Of a DNA stretch of 64,000 bases, positions 27,915 through 37,001 are shown piece by piece (position 1 is the first letter of the stretch; each line of letters opens with the position of its first letter). Both the position numbers and the translations under genes were made by a program. Below the pieces are notes generated by a model. That model had not been told where the DNA came from. It saw only the letters and a list, made by a program, of their open reading frames with translations, and did not search any database. The DNA is from a candidate division FCPU426 bacterium (lineage in GTDB: Bacteria > Oederibacteriota > Muellerivitia > Muellerivitales > Muellerivitaceae), in contig CAWCKJ010000004.1 of the NCBI GenBank assembly GCA_963796105.1, forward strand, positions 1,312,001 to 1,376,000, written 5' to 3'.

Positions 27915-28481
27915 TCAGAAAAACTCACCGAACAACTTTTCAACATCTTCTTTTAACTCCTTAATCACTTCTTCACGATCAGCTTCAAGCAGATATAGCT
28001 TTTCTTCGTTTTTAAGAACTGCTCCTAATAAATATGCCGTCCATCTAAAGGTCCCGAAGCGACTGCTGGTTTGCTCTCTTTCTTCAGAGGTAATTTCAAA
28101 CGTTTTTATCGTTTTCTTGGGGATCTCCTCGATCGAATTTTCCCCTATCATCAATTTGATATTTAAATAGTTACCATCAAAAATCACTTTCCTTTTTTTA
28201 AAAACATAATTAAAAACACGAAAAGCGCTGTAAATGAACGGCAAGATCAGGCCAAGACCAATCAGAACGAATATGTGTTTGGTCGGGCCTTGGTGATTCG
28301 AATAATTCAAAAAGATGGCCATGATGCCGATCAGGCAAACGAAGATCGGCAATAAAAAGGTTTCGAAGGAAGTTTGGCAAATAATATTCTTCTCGTTCTT
28401 TGATATGGAAAAAGGTTGTTGCCCGTAACTTTCATGGCCGAAAAAGGCTGGATAATATTTCGGTGGGTGGATTTGGTCCAT
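27915..28481 (-). CDS. Hypothetical membrane protein (2 TM)
   Basis: Two hydrophobic segments; AT-rich; RBS GAGGGG. Confidence 0.6.
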   Translation of the reverse strand: MDQIHPPKYYPAFFGHESYGQQPFSISKNEKNIICQTSFETFLLPIFVCLIGIMAIFLNYSNHQGPTKHIFVLIGLGLILPFIYSAFRVFNYVFKKRKVIFDGNYLNIKLMIGENSIEEIPKKTIKTFEITSEEREQTSSRFGTFRWTAYLLGAVLKNEEKLYLLEADREEVIKELKEDVEKLFGEFF

Positions 28482-28565
28482 TTTATACCCCTCTTTAAAT
28501 GCTACTCGTCCACGACGGATCCCCATCGTGGACAAAACTCACAGTCATAATTTTTATCATTGAAT

Positions 28566-29042
28566 TCAATCGGGTCGTCCGCTCGGGATCCACGACGTGT
28601 TAACCCCCTTCTTGATTGTAGGTTTCACTATTTTATTCCACTCAGTCCCCACATCTTTTTTGTATCGATACGCGAGATATCGGAGTAGATCGAGCTGATT
28701 AGCACATTTGCCTCGCACTAATTCTTTCGCGATATTGAACGATCGCTCAAGCGAAGTTGATGCTTCCAGTTGTGCTTTACGAAGGCTCGCCAGGCCTTTT
28801 GGTTCGCTTGAAAATACCCTTCCGATGGGTTTGCCAAATGAGCCGAGATAGACGATATCGACATCGTGCTCAATCGCGAGCTGAACCGCATGGGTCGTGA
28901 TCGCGGCCGGCCGAAGTATCACTATTTTCTCCAGTCTATGGATCGGGTATTCTTTTTTCTCTTTCACTTTCGGAAAAGAAAGAACGATGCGCTCCCCAAT
29001 TGTGCCGATCTTGGTACCGTAAGTATCAATAAGCAAGTCCAT
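28566..29042 (-). pseudogene. cas1: Truncated CRISPR-associated Cas1 (N-terminal ~130 aa)
   Basis: LLIDTYGTKIG, PIHRLEKIVI, ITTHAVQL, IVYL..FGKPIGR, LRKAQ, AKELVRGK..NQ; catalytic C-terminal domain absent. Confidence 0.8.
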
Positions 29043-29251
29043 GTGGCCTGTCCCCCAAATTTCGTAAACCATCTGAAAAACTCGAAAAGTTTCACCGCCA
29101 AGACGCCAAGTCCGCCAAGAAAGTCTTTAATTTTCAACGAAAACAAAAAAACAGAAGAACCCTTAAAACCCTTTTTCAGAGGTTACAAACTGTATCCATG
29201 GGGTGTGTTGATGCGAAGGGCTCCAATGACATCAGGCTGCCCTTCGATTTA

Positions 29252-29797
29252 CTATTTAGATTTTTGAACCTTGATTTGGGTGACGATCATCCGGAGTTTC
29301 TTGGCCGCGTCGAAAATACGGTCATCACGGTAAAATTCCCCGTAATAAATGGACTTGATCCCCACGTTGGCGACCATCTTGAAACAGTTCCAGCAGGGGG
29401 AAGCGGTCACGTAAATTTCAGCCCCATCCACCCTCACCCCGTTGCGGGCGGCCTGGATAATGGCGTTGGCCTCGGCGTGGATGGTCGCCACGCAATGGCC
29501 GTCCTCGATCATATGGCCCATATCATCGCAATGAGGCAGGCCCCGGACGCTTCCGTTATAACCGGTCGAGAGAATCGTCTTGTCCCGGACAATGACGGCC
29601 CCCACGTGCTTGCGGTCGCAAGTGGACCTGGTGGCGACTTCCGCGGCGATATTCATGAAATACTGGTGCCAATCCACCCGGACCCGGTGGGAGGGTTTCA
29701 CCAAGGACCTGGCCTTCTCCAGCGAGGCCGGCACCCTGCGTTTATTTAACCTGCGGAGAGGTTTCTTTTTAAGTTTGATTTTCACCCTGGAAGCCAT
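29252..29797 (-). CDS. dCMP deaminase / ComEB family protein
   Basis: RSTC, VGAVIV, TGYNG, HAEANAI, PCWNC. Confidence 0.92.
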   Translation of the reverse strand: MASRVKIKLKKKPLRRLNKRRVPASLEKARSLVKPSHRVRVDWHQYFMNIAAEVATRSTCDRKHVGAVIVRDKTILSTGYNGSVRGLPHCDDMGHMIEDGHCVATIHAEANAIIQAARNGVRVDGAEIYVTASPCWNCFKMVANVGIKSIYYGEFYRDDRIFDAAKKLRMIVTQIKVQKSK

Positions 29798-29856
29798 GTT
29801 GCCCTCACAGAAGATTTTAATAAGCGGAATTTCATTATCCCATAAAACGTACTGAT

Positions 29857-30795
29857 TTATACCGGATCTACCGCGTAGATTTGCGCTTTTCGGCTTGGAT
29901 GCCAGTGTTCCTTGGATTGGGCCAAGGTGGATAAACCCTCAGCGTCGCCCGTATTGATAAAGGGGAATCCCTCCGCCTGCCTGCATACCTGGGTGAATAT
30001 ATAAGAGGACAGGCCTTTCACAGTCAAGTCGGTCACCTCCAGAAAGACCCCGTAAGTATCCTGCCCCAAGGGCGCCCCCGCGGTATAGGCGACCAAACGC
30101 TCCCCCAGAAGGACCACCCAAAGATCCATCCCCCAATCCCTTCCGCGCAGGAGAACTTGGGAATGGGCTTTTTGGGAGGATCGAAGCATTTTTTCCTCCA
30201 TTTCGCCTTTCGCGGCCGCGAGCCTTTGGCTTTTCCAAAGCTCAAATAATTCCGCGCAGGCTTCCAGGTCTGTCCGGCGGTAAGGCCTGATGACAACGGA
30301 TTCCTGTTTCAAGAAATGATTGATTTCCGCCCGCTTGGCCCGGAAGGGATCACCGTGAAGACCGGCTAACCGGGACCGTTCATAAATATATTCGGTGAGA
30401 GTCGGCCTTGCGCGGTAACCCCAAGACTCAGCTTCCGCCGATTGCTCTTGGGTCATGCCTTCCACGCGTGAAATGCCGCCGCCGGGACCATTCACCTTTT
30501 TCATGAAGTTAAAAACCCATTCCAACGATTCAGCGGTCAGGGGATGGGGGGGAGTAGGGAAATACACGTAACGATCGTAATATGCCGCGATGAAATGATA
30601 GGGGCCCTTGGAAGCGAGAACATAAGCGTATTCATTTCCCCACATTAAAAACGAGTGGAGCGAGGCCGAGAAGGAGGAAGCGGGGTAAAAAAACCCCGAA
30701 GCCCGCTCAAGGCTGTCCTCGAGGGGTTCGAGCCCGTCAAAGAAATCCTGGTGGGGAAAAGAATTTACCGGCAAGGATGGCCACCCCGAAGACAC
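29857..30795 (-). CDS. DUF2156 (phosphatidylglycerol lysyltransferase-domain) protein
   Basis: EYIYER..LAGL.G, KRAEINHF, FINTGDAEGL..L..SK..WHP. Confidence 0.8.
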   Translation of the reverse strand: MSSGWPSLPVNSFPHQDFFDGLEPLEDSLERASGFFYPASSFSASLHSFLMWGNEYAYVLASKGPYHFIAAYYDRYVYFPTPPHPLTAESLEWVFNFMKKVNGPGGGISRVEGMTQEQSAEAESWGYRARPTLTEYIYERSRLAGLHGDPFRAKRAEINHFLKQESVVIRPYRRTDLEACAELFELWKSQRLAAAKGEMEEKMLRSSQKAHSQVLLRGRDWGMDLWVVLLGERLVAYTAGAPLGQDTYGVFLEVTDLTVKGLSSYIFTQVCRQAEGFPFINTGDAEGLSTLAQSKEHWHPSRKAQIYAVDPV

Positions 30796-30862
30796 AGGAA
30801 CCTTTGCTCAATTCGTCTTTCGAGCAGGGTTCCTGTGCCGTTGAGGCATGACTCTTGAGACA

Positions 30863-31618
30863 TTACTGCCCGGTGATGACCCTGGAAATCTCGCGGCGCA
30901 GGCCATAGCTCAGGCGGCTGGCCCGGGAGGGCGGACGGTAATTCGCCAAGTACTGCGGCAAGGTATTCAGGTCCACGACGCCATGCTCGTGATTGACGAC
31001 GGCGGAAGCGTCGCCCTGGGGATGGGCGAACACCACCACCCCTTGGATCCAAACATGGGTGCACTCCTGGGCCCAACGGGGGGGCAGGTTAGCCTCCAAA
31101 TGGCTCCGGAGGTGGTAAATCTGGGTCGCCACCTGCTTCAACGGGTTGTAAAAACCCCGCTTGTAGCGGGACCTTGTCTTGCGGGCCCTCTTGTGAAGGG
31201 TCCATTCCCGGTCCAAGACCTCGCCGGCGATTCGCCCGCGAAGGTACTTGGTCTCGATACAGAACAGGCAATTGGGCGTGATCAAAAGGTGGTCAATCTC
31301 ACGCGCCTTGTCGCCGGAATTGAACTGGACCGAATGCAGGACCCTGGCGTTCTCCATCGTCAGGTTGTCGAGGGCCTTCGCGACCAAGGCCTCTCCCTCG
31401 GAACCTTCCCCCACGATCCGGTTCCGATGCTGGGCAACCAGAAAGCTCCAGCCCGAGAAGGCCAGCAGGGGCACGCATACCAAAAGCTTGAAAAACCAGT
31501 AAGGCAACAGAAGCAAGGCCAGCACGGCAACCGCCAAAGACCCGATCGAAAACCATCTCCAGCGTGTCACCCACCGCATCGCGCGGGGCGGCTGGAGTTT
31601 TTGCAAAGTGGCAACCAT
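30863..31618 (-). CDS. Membrane-anchored NERD-domain nuclease-like protein
   Basis: G.EGE..V, EIDHLLI, IETK, NPLKQ. Confidence 0.85.
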   Translation of the reverse strand: MVATLQKLQPPRAMRWVTRWRWFSIGSLAVAVLALLLLPYWFFKLLVCVPLLAFSGWSFLVAQHRNRIVGEGSEGEALVAKALDNLTMENARVLHSVQFNSGDKAREIDHLLITPNCLFCIETKYLRGRIAGEVLDREWTLHKRARKTRSRYKRGFYNPLKQVATQIYHLRSHLEANLPPRWAQECTHVWIQGVVVFAHPQGDASAVVNHEHGVVDLNTLPQYLANYRPPSRASRLSYGLRREISRVITGQ

Positions 31619-31623
31619 ATAAC

Positions 31624-32148
31624 TTAAACCTTTCCCAGCGACAGCTCGCGCACCTCCACAACCTCTTCCTGGAAATCGCCTATAAATTGTGGATATTTTC
31701 GAACGAGGGATGAGAGGGTTGTGCTTTCCAAGTGTCGCTGCAACCAAATTAAAAAATCCTTGAATTTTACCGCCACATCAGGCCGGGAAAGGGCGGGACA
31801 TTTTGTGTCCAGCCCCAACAGCACCTGATTTTGATTCTTACTGCGCATGATCACCGCGGGATACATCGAACAATCCAGGGGGCGGGCCTCATAAACAAGG
31901 CACGTTTGATCCTCAGGATTGAAAAACGAACAGGCGAACCCGTGCCCGCAGGCCACGAGCTCAGCCTTGGAAGCCATTCCTTTGGAAGGCTCCCGGAAAG
32001 AATTGTTTGAATGGAGAGAGTCGGCCTGAAGCCTTTCCTCTGGGAAAAAGAAGGGGGAAAGGGGCGCCTGTTTTTCCGGAAACCGGCAACAGACAGGGCA
32101 CTCCAGGCAAACCTCACTGGCGATCAACTGGGGCATCTGTGGACGCAT
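31624..32148 (-). CDS. YkgJ-family cysteine-cluster protein
   Basis: CxxCxxCC, CSFF....C.VYEARPLDCSMYP. Confidence 0.85.
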   Translation of the reverse strand: MRPQMPQLIASEVCLECPVCCRFPEKQAPLSPFFFPEERLQADSLHSNNSFREPSKGMASKAELVACGHGFACSFFNPEDQTCLVYEARPLDCSMYPAVIMRSKNQNQVLLGLDTKCPALSRPDVAVKFKDFLIWLQRHLESTTLSSLVRKYPQFIGDFQEEVVEVRELSLGKV

Positions 32149-32160
32149 GAAGTCCTTGGC

Positions 32161-32352
32161 TTAAAGGTTGTATATCCCAACGCCGATAACGACCAGTCCC
32201 CCGATGATCAAAATGGGCGCGAGGGTCATGGAGCCCGTGGCCAGGAACATATATCCCGCCACCAGGACGCCCACTCCCACGCCAAGTGTTGTCTTGCCTG
32301 CGCTGCTCATTTTGGGTGTTACAGTTTGGACTTTTTCGTTCTTATCCGCCAT
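32161..32352 (-). CDS. Small membrane protein
   Basis: Two TM segments; GGAGG RBS. Confidence 0.6.
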   Translation of the reverse strand: MADKNEKVQTVTPKMSSAGKTTLGVGVGVLVAGYMFLATGSMTLAPILIIGGLVVIGVGIYNL

Positions 32353-32670
32353 GAAGACGAACCTCCGGCAATTGGTCAATCGCCGGGTATTGTAGCAGAG
32401 GTACCGCGAAAAATTAAACCGATGTGATGTTTTAAATAGCGCCAGTGGGGAATTACCGAAATTCAAGGCCTACTAGAGGATTGGTCCGCAAATATAAAGG
32501 AATTAGGCGCTATATCCGTGCTCTGACAAGGGAATATGGGTATGAAAGGGTGAGTTTAAGAAAAGACTATGAGCTCAACCGGGATAAGTTTAGAACTCAA
32601 CTAATACAGGGGTTTCCCAGTTAATTCCTCGAAAGTTCCCCTTTTCCTGTTTTACTCAGAAAATTCCTCT

Positions 32671-33408
32671 TTAATATTTTGGTTTATATAGCGGGGTTTT
32701 AGAATCTAAAAGAGTGCCGTCATCGCCAATATGGGAAAAAGGCTTATATCCGATTTCAGGAGGAGCGATATATTCTTCTTTTGTTATTACATTAATTATT
32801 TTCACCAGATTGTTTTTATCATTTTCGGTTTTATAAACGATCCATAATCCATTATCGGAAATGTAACCTTTCTCTATTGCGTTCTTTTCAATTTTTTGAA
32901 AAATTTGTTCTCCCTTTTTAGAAAGTACACCAATTTCATAAGACCCATTATCTAAATAAGTTTCGGTTAAAGCTATTTGGCCATATTTATCATTGAAGCG
33001 AGCTCCATGCATGATTTTTCGAACAACTTTACGAATTTTGACCGAATTAACACAAATAGATTGCATAACACCTTTCTTATAAGGGGTTAAAGGACAGACC
33101 GTAAATGTCCCATAAACTTCGGTCGAAAAATCTTCCAATAATTTATCTAAGTTTTTCGGGGTTTCACTAATGACACCTAACATCCGATGGGTTCCAATTA
33201 TCCATATACGCAAAGTAGGATATCCATTCCAAGAACTTATTCGGCCCTCAAAAGTAAAACATTTTTCAATAATATTCGAATCGTGGTATGGCCCTTTAAT
33301 TTCCTTGGGTGTAATTAATTGCGCTTTTAAGTCATGAATGGTGAATGTCAAAGAAATACTTATTAATAAAACTATTATTTTATTTTTCTTCATAAAATAT
33401 TTCCTCAT
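32671..33408 (-). CDS. Hypothetical exported protein, AT-rich
   Basis: Long ORF with signal peptide; composition differs from its neighbours. Confidence 0.65.
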   Translation of the reverse strand: MRKYFMKKNKIIVLLISISLTFTIHDLKAQLITPKEIKGPYHDSNIIEKCFTFEGRISSWNGYPTLRIWIIGTHRMLGVISETPKNLDKLLEDFSTEVYGTFTVCPLTPYKKGVMQSICVNSVKIRKVVRKIMHGARFNDKYGQIALTETYLDNGSYEIGVLSKKGEQIFQKIEKNAIEKGYISDNGLWIVYKTENDKNNLVKIINVITKEEYIAPPEIGYKPFSHIGDDGTLLDSKTPLYKPKY

Positions 33409-33462
33409 AAGAGAATTTTCACAACTGGGAGACTTGGATTCAAACCTAAGTAATCAGCGTCA

Positions 33463-34737
33463 TCAAGAAACCGGGCGAAGAGTGTCCAGGCCGCCCAAAT
33501 AGGGGCGAAGGGCCTCGGGGATCACGACGGAACCGTCCGCCTGCTGATAATTCTCCAGTACGGCCAGCCAGGTGCGGCCCACCGCCAAACCGGAACCGTT
33601 CAAGGTGTGCACTAGTTCGGGTTTGGAACCGCCCTCCCGCTTGAATTTAATTCCCCCCCTGCGGGCTTGGAAGTCCGTGCAGTTGCTGCAACTTGAGATC
33701 TCCCGGTAGGAGTTCTGGCTGGGAACCCAAACTTCCAAATCATAGGTCTTTGTCGCGCTGAAGCTTTTATCGGCGGTCGCCAGGGCCACCACGCGGTAGG
33801 CCAATCCCAGTTTCTTGAGGACTTCCTCGGCGTCCGAGGTCAATTCCTCCAGGGCCGCCATGCTTTTCTCGGGATCGACGAATTGAAACAGCTCCACCTT
33901 GTTGAATTGATGCAGGCGGATGAGGCCCTTGGTGTCCTTCCCGTAACTGCCGGCTTCCCGGCGGTAGCAGGGGGTATAGGCCATGTATTTCCTGGGCAGG
34001 GTACCGGCCGGAAAAGTCTCGGCTCGGTGGTAATTCGCCAGCGATACCTCGGCGGTGGGAATCAGGTAATAATTGTCTTTTTCAATCGTGAAGGCCTGGT
34101 CGATGAATTTGGGGAATTGGCCCGACATTTCCATGGAGGCGTAGTTCACCAGGTGGGGCACCACCATTTCCCGGTAGCCCTTGGGGGCGTGCAGGTCCAG
34201 CATGAAATTAACCAAAGCGCGCTCCAGGCGCGCCCCGAGGCCGGAAAGGGTAAAAAATCTCGCGCCGGAGATCTTGGCGGCCCGCTCGAAATCGAGGATC
34301 CCCAAAGCTTGACCCAGGTCATCGTGGGATTTGGGCTTGAATGAGAAAGAAGGAGGCTGGCCCACCCGACGGATTTCCTGGTTGGCTTCTTCCCCGCCCA
34401 CGGGAACGGTCGGATGGGGAATATTGCAGACTAGGAGCTCCAAATCATGAAAGTCTTTCTCGACCGCGGCGATTTCCCCGTCCATCTGCTTGATCTCGTC
34501 CGAAAGTTCCTGGAGCTTCGCCCGGTACTGGGAGATGTCCTTTCCCTCCTTCTTCATTCGCCCCATTTCCTCGGAAGCCTGATTCAATCGGGCCTTCCGC
34601 TTGTCGGCCGACATCATCAGGTCCCGGCGGCGGCGGTCGAGATCCAGGTAGAGGGAAAGATCCACCTTGGACCGGCAGTCCTCCAGGGCTTTGCGGACCT
34701 CGGTCTCGTGTTCACGGACGAATTTAGGGTCGAGCAT
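33463..34737 (-). CDS. serS: Serine--tRNA ligase
   Basis: LIPTAEV, RREAGSYGKDTKGLIRLHQFNKVE, EISSCSN, HTLNGSGLAVGR. Confidence 0.98.
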   Translation of the reverse strand: MLDPKFVREHETEVRKALEDCRSKVDLSLYLDLDRRRRDLMMSADKRKARLNQASEEMGRMKKEGKDISQYRAKLQELSDEIKQMDGEIAAVEKDFHDLELLVCNIPHPTVPVGGEEANQEIRRVGQPPSFSFKPKSHDDLGQALGILDFERAAKISGARFFTLSGLGARLERALVNFMLDLHAPKGYREMVVPHLVNYASMEMSGQFPKFIDQAFTIEKDNYYLIPTAEVSLANYHRAETFPAGTLPRKYMAYTPCYRREAGSYGKDTKGLIRLHQFNKVELFQFVDPEKSMAALEELTSDAEEVLKKLGLAYRVVALATADKSFSATKTYDLEVWVPSQNSYREISSCSNCTDFQARRGGIKFKREGGSKPELVHTLNGSGLAVGRTWLAVLENYQQADGSVVIPEALRPYLGGLDTLRPVS

Positions 34738-35050
34738 GCTTTACCTTATTGTGATTTTCGGCAAACCGGACAAAGTTTAAATCTTTTCACAAAGAATCTG
34801 AAATGAAATCGACAATACCGGCCTCAATAACTGTTTTATAAAAGGCTGGCACGCGCTGGGATAAAATTCCCGTCAGCGTGGAAGTGATTGAATCCCCCCT
34901 TTGAAAAAGGAGGTGTAACATCATCTGCAAATTCAGGAAAGAGGCTATTTCATTGCCGTCCAAATTAAACAAAAACCAAGGAACTAAGATAAATAAAATC
35001 AGAAATTTTAAATTCTAAAAGGCGTTAAGCAAAACCAATGCTTTTGCCAC

Positions 35051-35127
35051 GTGCCAGCCTTCCATAAGGCAGTTGAAGGAGGCTGGTACTGTACCGATCT
35101 CAATATATCTTTATGAATGATCGGCGC
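35051..35127. repeat. Double-hairpin repeat, copy 4
   Basis: GTGCCAGCCTTCCATAA..GGAGGCTGGTAC t GTACCGATC..TTTATG..GATCGGCGC. Confidence 0.8.
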
Positions 35128-35353
35128 GGATTCAGGGGATGCAGGGGATAAACAGATTCACCACAGGGACTCGGAGACCCTGCTACTGCATAGCAAAGGG
35201 TGAATATTTTCAGATCGTGTTGTATGGCTCATCCGACGGCCGATGGAAAAATTAATTTTTCCACGGTCCGCAGGCAGGGCCATAACGCCCAACGGGCGCA
35301 AAGGCAAAGCCTTTGTCACGATCAAGTCTTGTTGTATCCCATGAATCCCATGC

Positions 35354-35430
35354 ATGCCGACCTTCCTATAAGTAATAAAAGAAGTCGGTATGGTACCAAT
35401 CTCCAAATAAGCTTTATGGAAGATTGGCAC
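35354..35430. repeat. Double-hairpin repeat, copy 5
   Basis: ATGCCGAC..GTCGGTAT g GTACCAATCT..TTTATGG.AGATTGGCAC. Confidence 0.8.
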
Positions 35431-35477
35431 ATCTGTGGCTAAAGTCTATTTTGGACAGGTGTGAGGCTATTTATCTT

Positions 35478-35777
35478 TTAAAGTTTGCGCAGAACCGAAT
35501 CCACCTTATCGGATGGAAGCTGAGTCTTGTCCCTGCGGTCGTCCAATTTGATGACGGTATAGACCCTTTTAACGCCCTTGGAAAATGGGATTTTGTGCAT
35601 GGCGGCGGCCAATTTTAAAAGGTCCCCGGATTTGCCCGTGACAATGGTTCCCATGCCATTCAACTCGTATTGAACCCCTTTTTGCCTTTTCAGGAATTTT
35701 AAAATATCGGCCACATGGGAACTGACCGATGTTTTTCCAGTCCCCAGGGGGACCACGCTGATTTCCATCATCGCCAT
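35478..35777 (-). CDS. MTH1187-family thiamine-binding protein
   Basis: EISVVPLGT..SVS..VA, MGTIV.G, RVYTVIKLDDRRDK. Confidence 0.92.
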   Translation of the reverse strand: MAMMEISVVPLGTGKTSVSSHVADILKFLKRQKGVQYELNGMGTIVTGKSGDLLKLAAAMHKIPFSKGVKRVYTVIKLDDRRDKTQLPSDKVDSVLRKL

Positions 35778-35906
35778 GTCATTTCTCCTCCATTTATTAT
35801 TGGAAAAACCGAGTATATCGAAAGCCTTTGGGAATAAATAGGAAGCCTAAATCACCATAAAACATGCTTATGCACAAAGTACTTATGATTTACTCAGGTT
35901 TGGCAT

Positions 35907-35985
35907 GTACCGATTCACCATAAAGAAGTTAAGGAAATCGGCACTATACCGAACTTTCATTGAAAGCTTTATTGAGGTTCGGCAC
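35907..35985. repeat. Double-hairpin repeat, copy 6
   Basis: GTACCGATT..CCATAAA..AATCGGCAC t ATACCGAAC..TTTATT..GTTCGGCAC. Confidence 0.8.
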
Positions 35986-36017
35986 GTGCTTATCTGATTC
36001 GATATTTGAAAAGTTAG

Positions 36018-36114
36018 CCCCCCCTTTGAAAAAGGGGGATAGGGGGGGTATTAGTTTTTGTTGGGAAACACCCAGAGACTAACTTCCCCTTAATCCCCCT
36101 CTTTCAGAGGGGGA
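36018..36114. repeat. Inverted pair of CCCCCTTT..AAAGGGGG REP-like palindromes
   Basis: 36018-36048 and inverted copy 36085-36114; related copy near 34894. Confidence 0.65.
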
Positions 36115-36230
36115 GAATTAAAAAACAATAGGCCGCAGGTGTATTGTGCCTAATCTTGCCTTAAAAAACTGTCCGGGGAATAAAATAAAGAATATACTTT
36201 TACCGCTTCTATTTCATCGTGGAGGACGCC

Positions 36231-36956
36231 ATGAGCAAATTAAACCTGAAATGGTTAATTCCTGGGATTTTATTGCTAGCCGCCCCCTTGTGGGCCGCTG
36301 AAAGGACCGGGGTTTTACTGCCTTATACGGCTCCGGAAAAAGCCACCGAGATCAAGAAGGAGCAGGACGACGCCATGATGAAACTCATCGGCGGAAACCA
36401 ATATTTCGTCAAACATCAAACGGAGCACGCCGCGAATCCCAGCGTCATGGTGGTCAGCTGTTCCGACTCCCACACCCCCCCGGAATCCATATTCCACATG
36501 AAAACAGGGGAGCTTTTCGTCAACCGTGTCTTCGGCAACGTGGTGGACAAAGTCATCCTGGGCAGTTTGGAATACGGCGCCCAGACCTTGAACTGCCGCG
36601 TCCTGGTGGTCATGGGCCATTCGGGCTGTACCGCCATTAAGGGGGCCATCGCGGAGTACCGGCACGCCAGGACCTCCTGGGTTTCCATGAACCAGGAGTC
36701 CTTGTACAACCAAATCGAGCCGGCCGTGGCCGAGGTGGAGAATACCCAGAAACACATAAAAGCCAAGACCGACATTGAGCTGAAGGGGGACGATTTCGAC
36801 GAGGCGGTGGTCCGGGTGAACATCCTGAGCACCATGCGCTACATCCGCGAACAAAGCCCGATCCTCTGGGATTTGGAGCATAAGGATATTTTAAAAATAG
36901 TGGGATGCATTTATCACAAGGAAACCGGCAAGGTGGAGTGGATCAAGGAACAGTAA
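36231..36956 (+). CDS. Exported beta-class carbonic anhydrase
   Basis: CSDS, GELFVNRVFGN, SLEYG, GHSGC; signal peptide. Confidence 0.88.
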   Translation: MSKLNLKWLIPGILLLAAPLWAAERTGVLLPYTAPEKATEIKKEQDDAMMKLIGGNQYFVKHQTEHAANPSVMVVSCSDSHTPPESIFHMKTGELFVNRVFGNVVDKVILGSLEYGAQTLNCRVLVVMGHSGCTAIKGAIAEYRHARTSWVSMNQESLYNQIEPAVAEVENTQKHIKAKTDIELKGDDFDEAVVRVNILSTMRYIREQSPILWDLEHKDILKIVGCIYHKETGKVEWIKEQ

Positions 36957-37001
36957 GGGTGCCGGTTTGTTTCCAATAGATGGACCTTATGGAGCTCAAG
37001 C

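Noticed and set aside
13905..29060. Classical integron or diversity-generating retroelement
   Set aside because: No tyrosine integrase, no attC boxes recognised, no reverse transcriptase and no TR/VR pair
29090..29122. CGCCAAG triple repeat as a distinct element
   Set aside because: Too short to assign; resembles common intergenic oligomer repeats
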